Shown here: positions 13,231 through 25,669 of the stretch, in pieces
Layout of the letters: every line of letters begins with the position of its first letter
Numbering within the stretch: position 1 is the first letter of the stretch
Assembly: GCA_026770705.1 (NCBI GenBank)
Contig: JANJGN010000546.1
Span: forward strand, 310,001 to 374,000
Reading direction: 5' to 3'
DNA length: 64,000 nt
Source of the DNA: Isurus oxyrinchus
Taxonomy: Eukaryota
Notes under the pieces: generated by a model
Seen by the model: only the letters and a program-made list of their open reading frames with translations
What the model was told of the DNA's origin: nothing
Database searches by the model: none
Program-made: the position numbers and the translations under genes

Positions 13231-13552
13231 GTAAGTTGAGATATCCTTCATTCTACATCAGCACTCCCTCAGCGCTGACCCTCTGACAGTGCAGCCTGTT
13301 CTCAGTGTCCACATTCTCATTCCTCTCAAAGTGCTTCACAGTCGATAGAAATTAACTGATCTTTATTTGATTACTGCTGAATGAAGAGACAAGCTGTCTT
13401 AACTTTACACCTCGCACACATTATTTTCCATGGCAACACCTCCTCCAATCAGTGACCACTTGCCAACCAATCAGCACTCTCTTCCCATCAAGTATAAATT
13501 GTTGTTCACTTTCTGTTGGTAAAACTGCGATCTGTCTGTTGAGTCCTGCCCT

Positions 13553-13705
13553 GACATCTGAATATCACAATGAACAGAACAAGTTCCAACAATGAGCTGT
13601 GGTTGGTGATTCCTTACGTTACATCCGGGGACACTGGAGACTATCAGTGTGTGGCAGAGAATGAACATGGACCAGTGGATGGGCTCATAACCATCACTGT
13701 GGAAC
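13553..13705 (+). pseudogene. 5'-truncated C2b pseudo-exon (gene A)
   Basis: 3' half of C2b (MNRTSSNNELWL...ITITVE|gtgagt); the acceptor and 5' half are replaced by a ~180-bp insert. Confidence 0.8.
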
Positions 13706-14531
13706 GTGAGTGGACACAGACTTCAACATCTCTCTCAGATTGAATCATGACACAAACACACACAAATATACAGACCTAAATAGACACCTGCAGACACACA
13801 ATCCCACATGTATGAGCACACACAATGACACACTCACAAACTAACACACTCAAACACATCTCCCCCGTGGGTTACCTGACCTCCATCAGTGCTGCATCGG
13901 AGAGTTGACGTAGATTCTGGGATTTGTGTTCCCATTCATATTTCTGGAAGAACATGGAAATTGCAAATTCTATTAGACACTCAGATGCACAGAGATACTT
14001 ACAGATACTGATTGCCTCTCCAACTCTCTCTCTCCCTTGAAGAATCTTCTTCAAACCAAACCCTTTGACCAGGCATCTGTCCCAACTCCTCCTTCTGTGA
14101 ATCTGTGTGAAATATTGTTTGAGTATCTGAGAGTAAGAGAGAGGTGGAGAGGTTTAGGAAGGGAATTCCTGTTGGTGAAAAGCTTACATCATGTTCCCAC
14201 CTTTCCAGAGCCCATTTTGCACATGATGTCCAATATCCCTGTTCATCATGGGGATTGCCTATGTAAACATCACGCTGTAGTTACACTCTCCTACCAGTGG
14301 TGGCACGGTAGCACTTAACCCTTGCATCTCCCAGATTTTCAAGCAATTTCACTTCCCAATTTGCTACTACTCACCTCAACCACTCCCTGTGGGAGCGAGT
14401 TCCACATTCTCCCCTCTCTCTGGGTAAAGATTGGAACTGTTTATTAAGCGGGGGGTGTAAGTCCGTGGGGGAGTCCATCTCGATCCTGCCCGATTCGCAC
14501 ACGCGTCCGAGATGGATTTCCATCTTGCACT

Positions 14532-14655
14532 AAGAAAAGTGTTGACGTTTCGAGTCCTCATGACCTCAGTTCTGTCGAAGGGTCATGAGGACTCGAAACA
14601 TCAACTCTTTTCTTCTCCCCCGAAGCTGCCAGACCTGTTGAGTTATTCTTAGCTG
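14532..14655. mobile_element. Penelope-like repeat fragment with inverted duplication (34-bp arms)
   Basis: 14532-14565 is the reverse complement of 14581-14614 (32/34); contains hammerhead-like GGGTC-ATGAG-GACTC-GAAAC. Confidence 0.6.
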
Positions 14656-14914
14656 ATGCTCGCTATCAATAACCAAGAGAGACCGACATTAGAACAAGCT
14701 GATTATTTATTGTAACAGAGGGCAGAGCACTAAATCCTTGCCTGCTCCCACAGCCACCTCCAGCTCTAGACTTACAGTTAACCAGTGGCCCACACTGTCC
14801 AGTGATTGGTCAGTACTGTCACATGGTTTATCCACTTGTATTCTCTTAAAGGTACCTGGCACTCCACATTATCACAGGAGGCCTATAGTACACACATAAC
14901 AGCATGTTTGCCTC

Positions 14915-15260
14915 CTCAGCACTGACCCTTCTACAGTGCAGCACTCCCTCATTACTGACTCTCTAATAGTGTAATGATCCCTCAGTAGTGCTCCTCCAAC
15001 ATTGCACTGGTCAATCAGAACTGACGCTCTGACTGTGCAGTTTTATCTCAGCAGTAACCCTCCTACAGTGCAGTGCTCCCACAGTACTGTCCCTCCTACA
15101 GTGCAGCACTCCCTCAGGACTGACCCTCTGACAGTGCAGCACTCCCTCAGTACTGACCCTCTGACAGTGCAGCACGCCCTCAGTACTGACTCTCTGACAG
15201 TGCAGCACTCCCTCAGTACTGACCCTCTGACAGTGCAGCACGCCCTCAATACTGAACTGA
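14915..15260. repeat. 33-bp tandem repeat array
   Basis: Same unit as 137-348. Confidence 0.9.
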
Positions 15261-15387
15261 AGTGTCTGCCTGGATTACGGGCTATGTGGTGAAAGAACCT
15301 ACATTGACATCACACCTTTCACATTCTCAGTGTCTTTCAAAGTGCTTCACAGTCAGTGTAAGTTAACTGATCTGTATTTGTTTTTAG

Positions 15388-15669
15388 ACGCTCCACGGAA
15401 TCTCTCAATTACTTCTCCAGATATGATTAACGCTTCATCAATCAGTATAATTGAGTGGAATTCTGCAGTGATAATCTGCTCTGTCGAGAGCTCCCCAGCT
15501 TCTAACCTGATGTGGCGACATCTTAATGTCCCAATGAACAGAACAAGTTCCAACAATGAGCTGTGGTTGGTGATTCCTCATGTTACATCCAGGGACACTG
15601 GAGAATATCAGTGTGTGGCAGAGAATGAACATGGAGCAGTGGAGGGGTTCATAACCATCACTGTGGAAT
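15388..15669 (+). CDS. Gene A C2b Ig exon
   Basis: 282 nt phase 1-1, tttttag acceptor and GAAT|gtgagt donor; (Y)APRNLS...ICSVES.P...W...DTGEYQCVAENEHG. Confidence 0.9.
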
Positions 15670-17373
15670 GTGAGTGTACACAGACTTTAAAATTTCTCTC
15701 ATCTCCGAACACATATACTCAGATGCTCTCCCACACACACACACAAGCACTCACAAATGTACAGACCCAAAGTGCATGCACACACACAATCCCACACTCA
15801 TGAGCACACAGAAAGACACACTCACACACTAACACAGTAGTACACACTCCCCTGTGAGTTACCTGACCTCCCTCAGTACTGCACTGGAGAGTTCTCCTGG
15901 ATTCTGGGATTTGTGTTCCCATTCATATTTATCGAAGAATATCCAAATTACAAAGTCTATTCCAGAAACTCACATGCACAAAGATTCCAACAGATACTCC
16001 CCACCTCTCCGTGTATCTCTCCCCTCCTTTAAGAAGCTTCCTAATCCCTCACTCTTGCCTGTCCTAACTCCTCCTTATAATGCCCTGTGTCAAATTTTTT
16101 GTGTATCTGAGAGAAAGGGAGCGATAAGGAAGTTTAGGAAGGGATTTCCTGTTAGTGAAAAGCTTACTTCATTTTCTCACCTTTCCAGTGTTCAGTTTTG
16201 CCATCATGTCCAATGACCCTATTTATAATGGGGGCATCCTATGTAAACGTCACACTGTCTTTACATCCTCCCACCAGTGGTGGCACTGTGGTGCTTAACC
16301 TTGCACCTCCCAGCTTTTCAGCCAACTTCACTTCACAATTTGCTACACATGCTGTAAGGTCATCAAAATTAACTTATATATCAAATGGTAGATTTGATAA
16401 TACAGTTTATTGAAAGGTTCATCCGCGCTCTGGGAAGGGTTTACACTCTCCAGGAAGCAGGAATAGGCTGGATGTTGGGGAGTTCATCTTTTCCCAGAGA
16501 GTCGGGATCTTCGGGAATGTGCTGTCAGTGGGTGTGGTGGTTGCTGTTTCTCTGTTGCCTTCAAGAGGGATCTGGAGTGGTTACTAACTGGGGGAGAGAT
16601 CATGGAAGCAGAGAATGGTACAGCACAGGAGGAGGCCATTCAGCCCATTGAGCCTGTGCCAGGTCTTTCAATGTTCTATCCAATCAGATCCACTAACCAC
16701 CACTCCACTTTGCCCCCATCTTCTTCCTTCAAGTGTTTATCCAATTTCCCTTTTGAAAGTTCCTATTGAATCTGCTTCCACCGCCCTTTCAGGCAGCACC
16801 TTCCAGATCACAACAACTCGCTCTGTCAAAACAAATTCTCCTCATCTCCCCCTCCAGTTGGTCAATCTGTGTCCCTCTGGTTACCGACCCTCCTGCCCCT
16901 TAAATACATCGATACTGTTCACCTCAACCACTCCCTGTGGGAGTGAGTTCCACATTCTCCCCTCTATCTGGGTAAAGATTGGAACTGTTTATTAAGCGGG
17001 GGGTGTAACTCCGTGGGGGAGTCCATCTCGATCCTGCCCGATTCGCACACACGTCCGAGATGGATTTCCACCCTGCACTAAACGTTTCCAGAATTTTCTA
17101 CAGCACAATCCTGTACACAGCGATGGAGAGAAACATTGGACAGGGAGTCCAACAGCACAATGATCCATTCTCACCAATGTTCCACGCTAAGGGGAAAGTT
17201 CCGATTGTCCACTCTTAGAGTGTTTACAATGAAAACATTCATTCCACATTGAATCCCAGTGGATGGGTCAATATTACAGCAAATGTTGCAGTGATATGAA
17301 GCTTGATTGTTCAGCCAGAGTGAGAGATTGAAAGCGGAGAGTCAGTGATGATTTCTTTCTGTGTGTTCTCTAG

Positions 17374-17513
17374 ACAGTGGAGGAGAGATTCTGCACGTGA
17401 TCCTGATCCTGGGAATACAAGCTGTGATATTCCTTGTGGCTGTGGTTATCACTATCGCTGGAGTCTGTGTCTGGGAGAGACAAACAGTGAAAGGAAGTCG
17501 ACAGACTGTTTGA
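17374..17513 (+). CDS. Gene A terminal TM + short tail exon (YSGGEILHVILILGIQAVIFLVAVVITIAGVCVWERQTVKGSRQTV*)
   Basis: ttctctag acceptor, phase-1 frame (not the frame shown in the ORF track); long hydrophobic span; TGA 17511-17513; Gln (CAA) at 17418-17420. Confidence 0.85.
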
Positions 17514-17634
17514 AGCTTTGTACAGCAACAATCTGGTCAGTCAGTGCGGACAAATAACGTGTGATGTTGGGTTAAGTTGTAATGAAACTGGTCAGTGTCC
17601 TGGTTAGAATCACCTTCGTATCAGAGAGGCATTC

Positions 17635-18245
17635 CAGCACAGTGGGAGCCCATTCAGCCCATTGAGTCCATGCTGCCTCTCTGTAAAGCAATCCAGTCAG
17701 TCCCATTTCCCCCTCTCTATCCCCGTATCTCTGCAAGTTTATTTCCCCTCAAGTGTCCATCCAATTTCCTTTTGAAATCGTTCATCGTCTCCACTTCCAC
17801 CATCCTCGTAGGCAGCGAGTTCCAGCTCATTACCACTCACTGTGTAAAAAAGTTCCTCCTCACATCCCCCCTCTGCCCAAAACCTTCAATCTGTGTCCCC
17901 CAGTCCTTGTACCATCAGCTAATGGCAACAGCTTCTCTTTGTCTGCCTTATCTAAACCCATCATCATCTCTTACACCTCGATCAGATCCCCCCTCAATCT
18001 CCTTTGCTCCAAGGAGAACAACCCCAGCTTCTCCAACCCAACCTTGTAGCTAAAATCCCTCATCCCTGGACCCATTCTGCTCAATCTCCTCCCCATCCTC
18101 TCAAGGACCCTCACTTCCTTCCCAAAGTGAGGAGACCAGAACTGGACACAATACTCTAGTTGTGACCTAACCAGAGCTTTATAAATGTTCAGCATAACCT
18201 CCCTGTGTTTGTTCTCAATCCCTCGATTTATGAAAAGCTTATTCT
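17635..18245 (-). mobile_element. CR1 LINE 3' fragment in gene A 3' region
   Basis: Minus ORF YKALVRSQLEYCVQFWSPH...LFSLEQRRLRGDLIEV. Confidence 0.88.
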
Positions 18246-18591
18246 TTCCATCAGCACAAACAGCAATTTCCAAGCGGACTCCCATCAGCAGACAGAGTGC
18301 AATGAAACATCGGCATGCCTGCTTCTTAATGTACGGAGAGAAACCTGCAACGAGAGATTCTCCTTCTTCTCCTCAGCAAGCTGAAACTTTTCCTTATACC
18401 TGGTGCTCCCCAGTCCTGCTGTGTGGACACATCATAACCACGGCATTGTCTGGCTGTGTGCAGCCAACATGGTCGAATAGGAATGAACAGAAATGTGACG
18501 TTGCTAAACTCTGTTCTCTGATTGGAATGTGCTTTCTGAATGCTGCACCTTTTTCATGCTGCGATAGATTGTAAGAAGCATTTGGGTTATG

Positions 18592-18597
18592 AATAAA
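18592..18597 (+). terminator. Candidate polyadenylation signal, gene A
   Basis: AATAAA conserved at the paralogous position 54350-54355. Confidence 0.45.
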
Positions 18598-18929
18598 ATT
18601 ACATTGATTTCCTCAAGTGATTAAAATGCTCAGCCTTTTCTGTAGATATTTATAGATTAAAATTCTTATTTTGCAACCAAATTTTTGGCTCAAAGACATT
18701 ACTTCATGTTGTCACATATTCTCTATCATATGAATTCCTGTGCCCATCTTTATAATAAAAATTTCCCATGTAAACATGTCACATTGTAGTTGCACACTCC
18801 TGCCAGTGGTGGTGCCATTCCAAAGCTGTCTTGCTGCACCGACACAGTGAGAAATATTCTCGACGTGTACATGATGTTGTTGTTACACGGACATCAGGCG
18901 GAACCTTGGGCAGTGCCTAGAATGCACTT

Positions 18930-19810
18930 AGGACAGTGCAGACCATGCTCAGAACTGACAGTGCAGCGTTTCCTCAGTGCTGACCCTCCGTCAGTGCAGC
19001 GCTCCCTCATTACTGTCCCTCTGACAGTGCTGCACTACCTCATTATTGACCCTTTTCAAGTGCAGCACCCCGTCAGCACTGACCTTCTGACAGTGCAGCA
19101 CTCCCTCAGTACTCACCCACCCACAGTGCAGCATTCCCTCAGTACTGATCCTCTGATACTTTATCCCTCCCTCACTACTGACCTTACGACAATTCAGCAC
19201 TCCCTCAGTACTGATGCTCCCACAGTGCAGCACACCCTCAATTCTCACCCTCCCACAGTGCAGCCCTCCCTCTGTACACACCCTCCCACAGTGCAGCACA
19301 CCCTCAGTACTCCCCCTCCCACAGTGCTGTGCGAGTTGTTTCAATCAAGACTGGTGCCCAAAGAGGGAGGTTTCATTGCTAAATCATTGAAATAGTTGAA
19401 AATTATTTTTAGGCTTACGGGAACAAGACTTAGTTCCTCAAATCCTTTCTTTTGCAATAACACACAGTACAAGAATCTTTGTTTAAATAAATTCCAGTTA
19501 AACTTTGCCATGAAAGGATATATCCTCATGCTCCACTCTACCTCAGTACTAACCCTCCCACAGTCCGGCACACTCTCAATACTGACCCTCCAACTGTGCG
19601 GAACTCACTCAGTACAGACCCTCCGACAGTGCAGCACTCCCACATTACTTACCCTCTGATAGTGCAGCACTCCCTCATTACTGACCCTCTGATGTTGCAG
19701 CACTCCCTCATTACTGACCCTCTGATAGTGTAGCACTCCCTCATTACTGACCCTCCCACAGTGCAGCACTCCCACAGTAAAGTCATGCTGACAGTGCAGC
19801 ACTCACTCCG
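18930..19810. repeat. 33-bp tandem repeat arrays (two blocks, interrupted ~19330-19540)
   Basis: Direct periodicity. Confidence 0.85.
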
Positions 19811-20033
19811 TAATGATCAGGGATCGTTGAAATGTATCATAGGGCCAGAGACCTGTATTGGGAACTCTTATCGCCTGAGTTTCATCCTCCGAGGTGAGGG
19901 GGAGGAGTCTAAACCCATGGAGCCAATGGAGAAGCTTGATGACTACAGCTGCCCAAATATGAGCTGACAGATCATCACATGGTAAACGTTTTGCTGAGAG
20001 CACAAAACATCCTCGATCTTCTCACTGGTTACC

Positions 20034-20046
20034 CACTTCCTCATTT
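20034..20046 (-). promoter_or_regulatory. Ets/PU.1-type site (AAATGAGGAAGTG) upstream of gene B
   Basis: Good PU.1 consensus match ~45 nt upstream of the shared 85-nt exon. Confidence 0.5.
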
Positions 20047-20089
20047 TGTCTCACAGTGACACATCCACCCTTTCTAATTAAACACACAG

Positions 20090-20174
20090 AGGGGGCAGCA
20101 CAGGAAGAGGTCATTCAGCCCAAGCAGAGCGTGTGGGCAGTTCCTCCCCAGGCGAGCAGTCGGACAGGTACTGG
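20090..20174 (+). other. Putative non-coding first exon of gene B
   Basis: Shared 85-nt exon with TGG|GTAAGT donor, ~450 nt upstream of the leader ATG. Confidence 0.55.
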
Positions 20175-20624
20175 GTAAGTAACAGAACGATTGGAATTCA
20201 CTTCCACCACCAACACCGTCCTTTGTTGTTGTTGTGACTTTATAAAGACAGATTCCAATGATTGATGCCTTTGAAAGATTTCTACTGGTTATTGAGATCT
20301 GGGTGTGAGACTCAAGTCTGTTGTACAGAACATCTTTCTAGCTCAAGGGATGAGGGAAGTGCAGAGACATGAGCTTGGGGACGTCCTGAGCTGGTGAAAG
20401 GTGCTATGGAAATGCAAGTCCTTCCTTGCTTTTCTTTCTTAAAGCCTTGTAACTCTCTGCAGAGCACCTATCATCCCACAGAGAATCAAATTAGTCTGTC
20501 AAGACATTGTCCAAAAGCAGTTCTGATCTCTTGAGAGCTGTCGGACAAGAGGTGAGGTCTCATTAACTCCTTTCTCTTTCAGAGTTTGAGTGTCAGAAGC
20601 TTATGAAATATCTAGGAGTGGACA

Positions 20625-20664
20625 ATGATCGGGAAATCCTACTTCCTCCTGTCTCTTCTCCAAG
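20625..20664 (+). CDS. Gene B leader exon MIGKSYFLLSLLQ
   Basis: Paralogue of 1167-1206, phase-1 donor CAAG|GTAATA. Confidence 0.8.
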
Positions 20665-21659
20665 GTAATAACATCGTCAGCTCGGACAGGTTTATGGCTA
20701 ATAGTCTTTGTAAAAGATCATTTTTATTGAGCTGTGATTGGGAACCGATTCAGCAGTGAGCCAGTGTACAAACTCACACCAAGTCCCATTCACCCATCAC
20801 CCCTGTGCTCAGTGATATACACTGACTCCCTGTCTGACAGCAGAATTGGAGGAGAGCAGAGATCTCAGAGGGTTTTAGGGTTGGAGGAGGTTACAGGGAT
20901 CGGGAGTGTAGAGGGGGGATGGTGGGGTAAGAAATCGATTATGAGAATTTGAAAATTGAGTCATTGCTGGACTGGGAGCCAGTGTAGTTCAGCCAGTGAC
21001 AGGGGAGCGATCGGCTGAATAGAGAATCAGGGATAAAAACTGGGGAATGAGGTCGATCCCGATGTTAGGACTCGGATAACAATGGCCTGAAATTAGTGTC
21101 TTTTGCTGATTTTGTCAGAATTTCCCATGAAGACAGCACAGCAGCTCCTAGAATAGACAGGCTGTTCAGTGTCACACTTCCTGTCCATTCTCACCTTGCT
21201 AGATACTTCAATAAGGGAGCAAGATAACTGAAAGAGAGAAGGAAGGCAAAGCTGTCTGTGTGTAAAACTGTCAAATATTCTGAGTTATCATGATTGTTTC
21301 TGATCTGCTGCAGAGTTTAAAGTTCTCAGAACATTAGCACTTTGCAGCTCAGAGAGAGACCATTGACTCACTGCCTGAAAGGGCGGTGGAAGCAGATTCA
21401 ACAGGAACTTTCAGAAGGGGAACTGGATAAATACTTGAAGGGGACATTTTGCAGGGCTGTGGAGAAGAGAGCAGAGGTTAGAGTGGGACTAATTGGACAG
21501 ATCTTTCAAAGGCCCAGCACAGGCTCGATGGGCCAAATGGCATCCTTCTGTTCCGGATCATTCTACAATCTGATAAATTAAGCCCCACATCAGTAACTCT
21601 TCAGGCTCCTGCTGCAGGGATGGATCTTTGAGAAGGACAGGGAACAAGAGGTTCCTGGT

Positions 21660-24040
21660 ATCATTTTCATATTTCTTGACAATTATATAAGTGTATAGAT
21701 CTGTTGAATATTTGAGTCTCTAAAGCGTAGAGGTAATCTGCTGTTATATCGAGATCTTGTGGTGGCAAAATTGTCTGGAGGTTTCTTTAATTGCTCACAT
21801 TGATCTGTGGGATTGTCATTCTTCGATGTTGTCCCTGGTTTCAATTGACATTACACCCTTGATGCAACTGAGGAGGCTTTAAACTAATATGGCAGGGGAT
21901 GGGATCCCGAGAGGAGGTTCAACAGAGAGAGATGCACGGCCAAAATTAGAAGAGAGAGCAAATGAAACTGGAAGGCATAGAAATTATTGACCATTTAAGG
22001 CTCAAGATAGTGTGGCAAAGTTGGATTGTATTAATTTTAATGCAAGGAGTCTGACAGACTTGCATTCTCCTGCAGGTGTAATGTTGCAGCTCCCTTGAAC
22101 CTGCCAATATTGTTGAATCTGTCTGCATATTTCAATGTTATGTCATGAACTGAGCTGATGGGATAGTTTCTGAGACTGGGACAGACATAAATCCATTGGC
22201 TTTCGGCCGGACTGGACAATCATGGAAGTGGGTGGGGCCAGAAAATCCCACCCCTATGGGAACATTTTCAGTTAATTTGATGTGCCCAGAGAGATCAATA
22301 AAGACCACAATCCACAATTTATTGACAAGCCACGTCAGGATATGTGTGAGAGGTGGAATATCGATCACCGCTCCTAGTCTCGTCGTGTACATCATCGCCA
22401 TTTCCTGGTTTGTCAGTCACCACATGTATATGTTCCTGATGGGATAGCGGATGGTCATTCTTATTGCTTGAAGGTTCCCCGTTGTGCAGGGTTTGTTTGG
22501 ATCAGCGCACGGCTCTTTGTAGCTGCATCAGCCTTTGCTCTAGTGCCCTGCCGCTGTCAATGGCCCTTTCTGCCACAAGCCTTGATGGATTGGTGGAAAG
22601 CTGGGCATTTCCTTGGTGTCCGCAGAAGGCCACACCTTCCACACGACTCACTAGGTTTGGATGTTCTAGTGAGTGTGCCAACAATTGATGTTGTACTGAG
22701 GACCTATAAGCTTCGTTGACCTGCGAGGATCACTTCGTATTTATGTCCATCCTAGAGTAACTCTTCAATGCTATAGGTTTTGGTCTTATCTAGCAGATCT
22801 TTCTGGAAGGCTTCCATGGGAGTGGATGCGATCACCAACTCAACAACTGTGTCTGCAGGCTCTGTGTTTGAAATCACAGTGCGTACCCTTTTCTCTACAT
22901 CGGCTGATGAAGTGGTCTATGGATTGTGTAGGCTGATGAAATGACATAAACTCTAGTTGATGAATATGGAGTTTCACCTGATTCTGAACCTGTCTTCCAA
23001 TGTCGTCCATATCTATTGGGGATCCTTTCGCTCTTCTGCTGTTAATCCTGACGTGTTCAGCCTGTGTAGACCTTCATTCCCAATCGCGAGGTGAATTTTT
23101 ATGGGTGGTTCGTCTGGTTCAGTCACACCTGAATCAGGAAACCAGAGCTCTGTACGCTGTTTAAACATTCTGAATTCAGATAGTCGGTCAGCTACATCCC
23201 AGTTCAAACTGGGGAATTTCGTGGACATTCTGACAATATTCCTTTGACGTTCCTTCTTCTACAGGACCCGGGATGAGTGTCGCTTTAGCCCCTTTTGTGC
23301 GCTTTTCTGAAGCTCCGCCCACGGAGACGGGTTGTGGCAGGAACACACCACGGAGTAATGGAGTCTTTGTTTTTTATTCAATTTGCTGTTCATCAATCTC
23401 AAAGCCGCCCGTTATAATCACTAACTTCTCTGGGCTGATTTTTATAATGGTTTTTGTGTGTTTGAATCTCCCTCGCTCACTATCGATCCAGCCCACACCC
23501 TGGTCACTCGCCTTCCCTGACTGAGCTAACCCGCTGCTGGTCCTGGCAATACACACTGTCCCACTCACTGACCTACAGGCCGTGTGCTGTAATCTCACCA
23601 CGAGGGATCCGTCTGCTCCCCAGCTCTTTACTTGAGCTCTTTCCCATCACTGTGTCTTCAAAGGTTTCCTGAGCAGTCAGTACACTGCGATTTCAACCCT
23701 CTCTGATGCTGTGTCTCTGTTGTGGTCTGACCAAAGCGTCGAGGGTCGTCTCATGTCATGTAGCTCGATCTCAGGCTGTTCACCATGTCATACCTGTACT
23801 GAATCTTGCTGCCAGAATGTTTGGCCACCGCTGATCACCATGTTGTGTTTTTATAATGATATAAAGGCACCAGCCACTGATACGGAATTGGGTAAATACA
23901 TTGTGGGTTGAGTTATTTAGAACAGGGACATGAGAACAGATATACAAGGATAGAAAGCTGGGAGACACCTGCGGCCAAACTGTGTGAGCTGTGTTCTGCT
24001 CACAGGCCAAAGTGAAACTTGGACTGGATGGTGTTATCAT
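21660..24040 (-). mobile_element. Same Gypsy insertion as in gene A, with different internal deletions
   Basis: 22190-22800 matches 4440-5040 and 23595-24040 matches 5045-5490; retains gag-like MSTKFPSLNWDVADRLSEFRMFKQR (23013-23228), which A lacks. Confidence 0.7.
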
Positions 24041-25056
24041 CCCAGCTGATGTTACTACTGGGCAAGTCAGATCCCAGGGTGGAACTCAGCTTGATAGGTC
24101 CTAACTTTTATTTTTTATTTAGGAATGTGGAGTGCGGCTACTGAACAGAGTCACAGGAGTCATCTGATGATCTTCTAACAAAAGAATAAAACATTTATTA
24201 AACTAGGAAAGACAAACTATATTACATTACACCTTCACCCAGATCTATACCTTTGCAGATTCATAAGTAGAACACAAGTTACAATAACTATCTTATATTC
24301 TCATGTTCACACTAAGTGCACAGTCGATATAAACCAATAGACGACCTGTGGTCAGGGACACCACATTCTGAAAGAAACTGACAGAACCCACTTGAAACAA
24401 ATGCCAAGTCTCCCTCCTCATCTGACCCCAGACGCTTGTTACACTGTGAGACAACCAGTCTCACTGACTCTCCAAGAACTCGCTTTGGAATCTTCTCCAA
24501 CATGACACATTCACTCAGACACCTTCCACAAGGGTCCACTTTCACTATTTCAAACTCTCCTTCCCATGTTCCTGCCCCCTGGATCGCCACGTGCATTCAG
24601 CCTTCCTTCCACGCCCTGTCTCTCCAATGCTCAGCCGTGTCAATGGAACACCATGGCTTCACATGGCCGTAGTAATGAGTCACCAACCTGTGGTGTCTCC
24701 TAGGATCTTCTGGCTTCTCACAAGCCTATTTTGATTTAGGCAAAACAAAATCAGCAAGTTAACCCAATGCCCCGGACAGTGGAATTCCAAATGCATTGTC
24801 CCCAACTTCAGTTCTGTTGGAGAGCAGGCTTGTGCACAAACAGGGTCCTGAGGACCATGAACCAATGTAGAATGAACTTTTCCGCTTTTGTGTCCAGGAT
24901 TCTCTTCCATCTGGTGTGATACCTTGTGGAGTTCATTGTGTGTCCTGTAGATGGTCCACACTGCAGCCACTGTGCCCGAGTGATGGAGGGGGTGGATAAT
25001 GAGTCTTGTGGATCAACAAAACATCCAGAGTTAAATATTGATATTTCTCTCCCCAG

Positions 25057-25434
25057 TTGGATTGTCACAAGAGTGGAAAGGTGACACTCCACGAGAGGTG
25101 ACAGCGCAGAAAGGTTCGTGTGTACAGATTCCATGTCATTACAGTTATCCATCAGATTTGGTAAAGAAACCACATGTCGGAATCTGGAAAATGAGAAGCT
25201 ACATACGGAACAAATGGTCTAAATGGTCTACAGCCTTTCACTCCAAGGATCACAGTCACGAGTTACCACGGTTCCGCCATCGGACCCGGCTGTCTGGAGA
25301 CCTGAAAGATGGCGACTGTTCCCTGGTTATAAACAACATCAGACGGGAAGATGCAGGACCTTATTTTTTCACGATAAAATTTGGCAATCGTCCGAGCCAT
25401 AACTATTACCCTGTAACCCAGCTTCAGGTTTCTG
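25057..25434 (+). CDS. Gene B V-set exon 1 (outer V, YFFT)
   Basis: 378 nt phase 1-1; ACG at 25371-25373; begins VGLSQEW. Confidence 0.92.
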
Positions 25435-25669
25435 GTAAGTGCTGTGTTATAATTACTCAACAATTCACATCCAACACTCAATGGGAAATAATAGTGTTTG
25501 ATTTGCTTGTTTTTTGGCCATGTTAACCAGCGTCACTATTTTTAATGATTTGTCTATTTCTGCTCCCAGATCCATGAGCTTATTGTGTGTGATTGAATCC
25601 ACATCATAGCTGTAATGTAAACCGAGCTGAGGGGTGATGACACCTCCCCCCTGAGTGAAGTGTCTCCTC

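Noticed and set aside
17345-17557. ORF-track peptide MMISFCVFSRQWRRDS... (also 53106..53318)
   Set aside because: Wrong frame; the phase-1 frame from the acceptor at 17373 encodes the TM exon.
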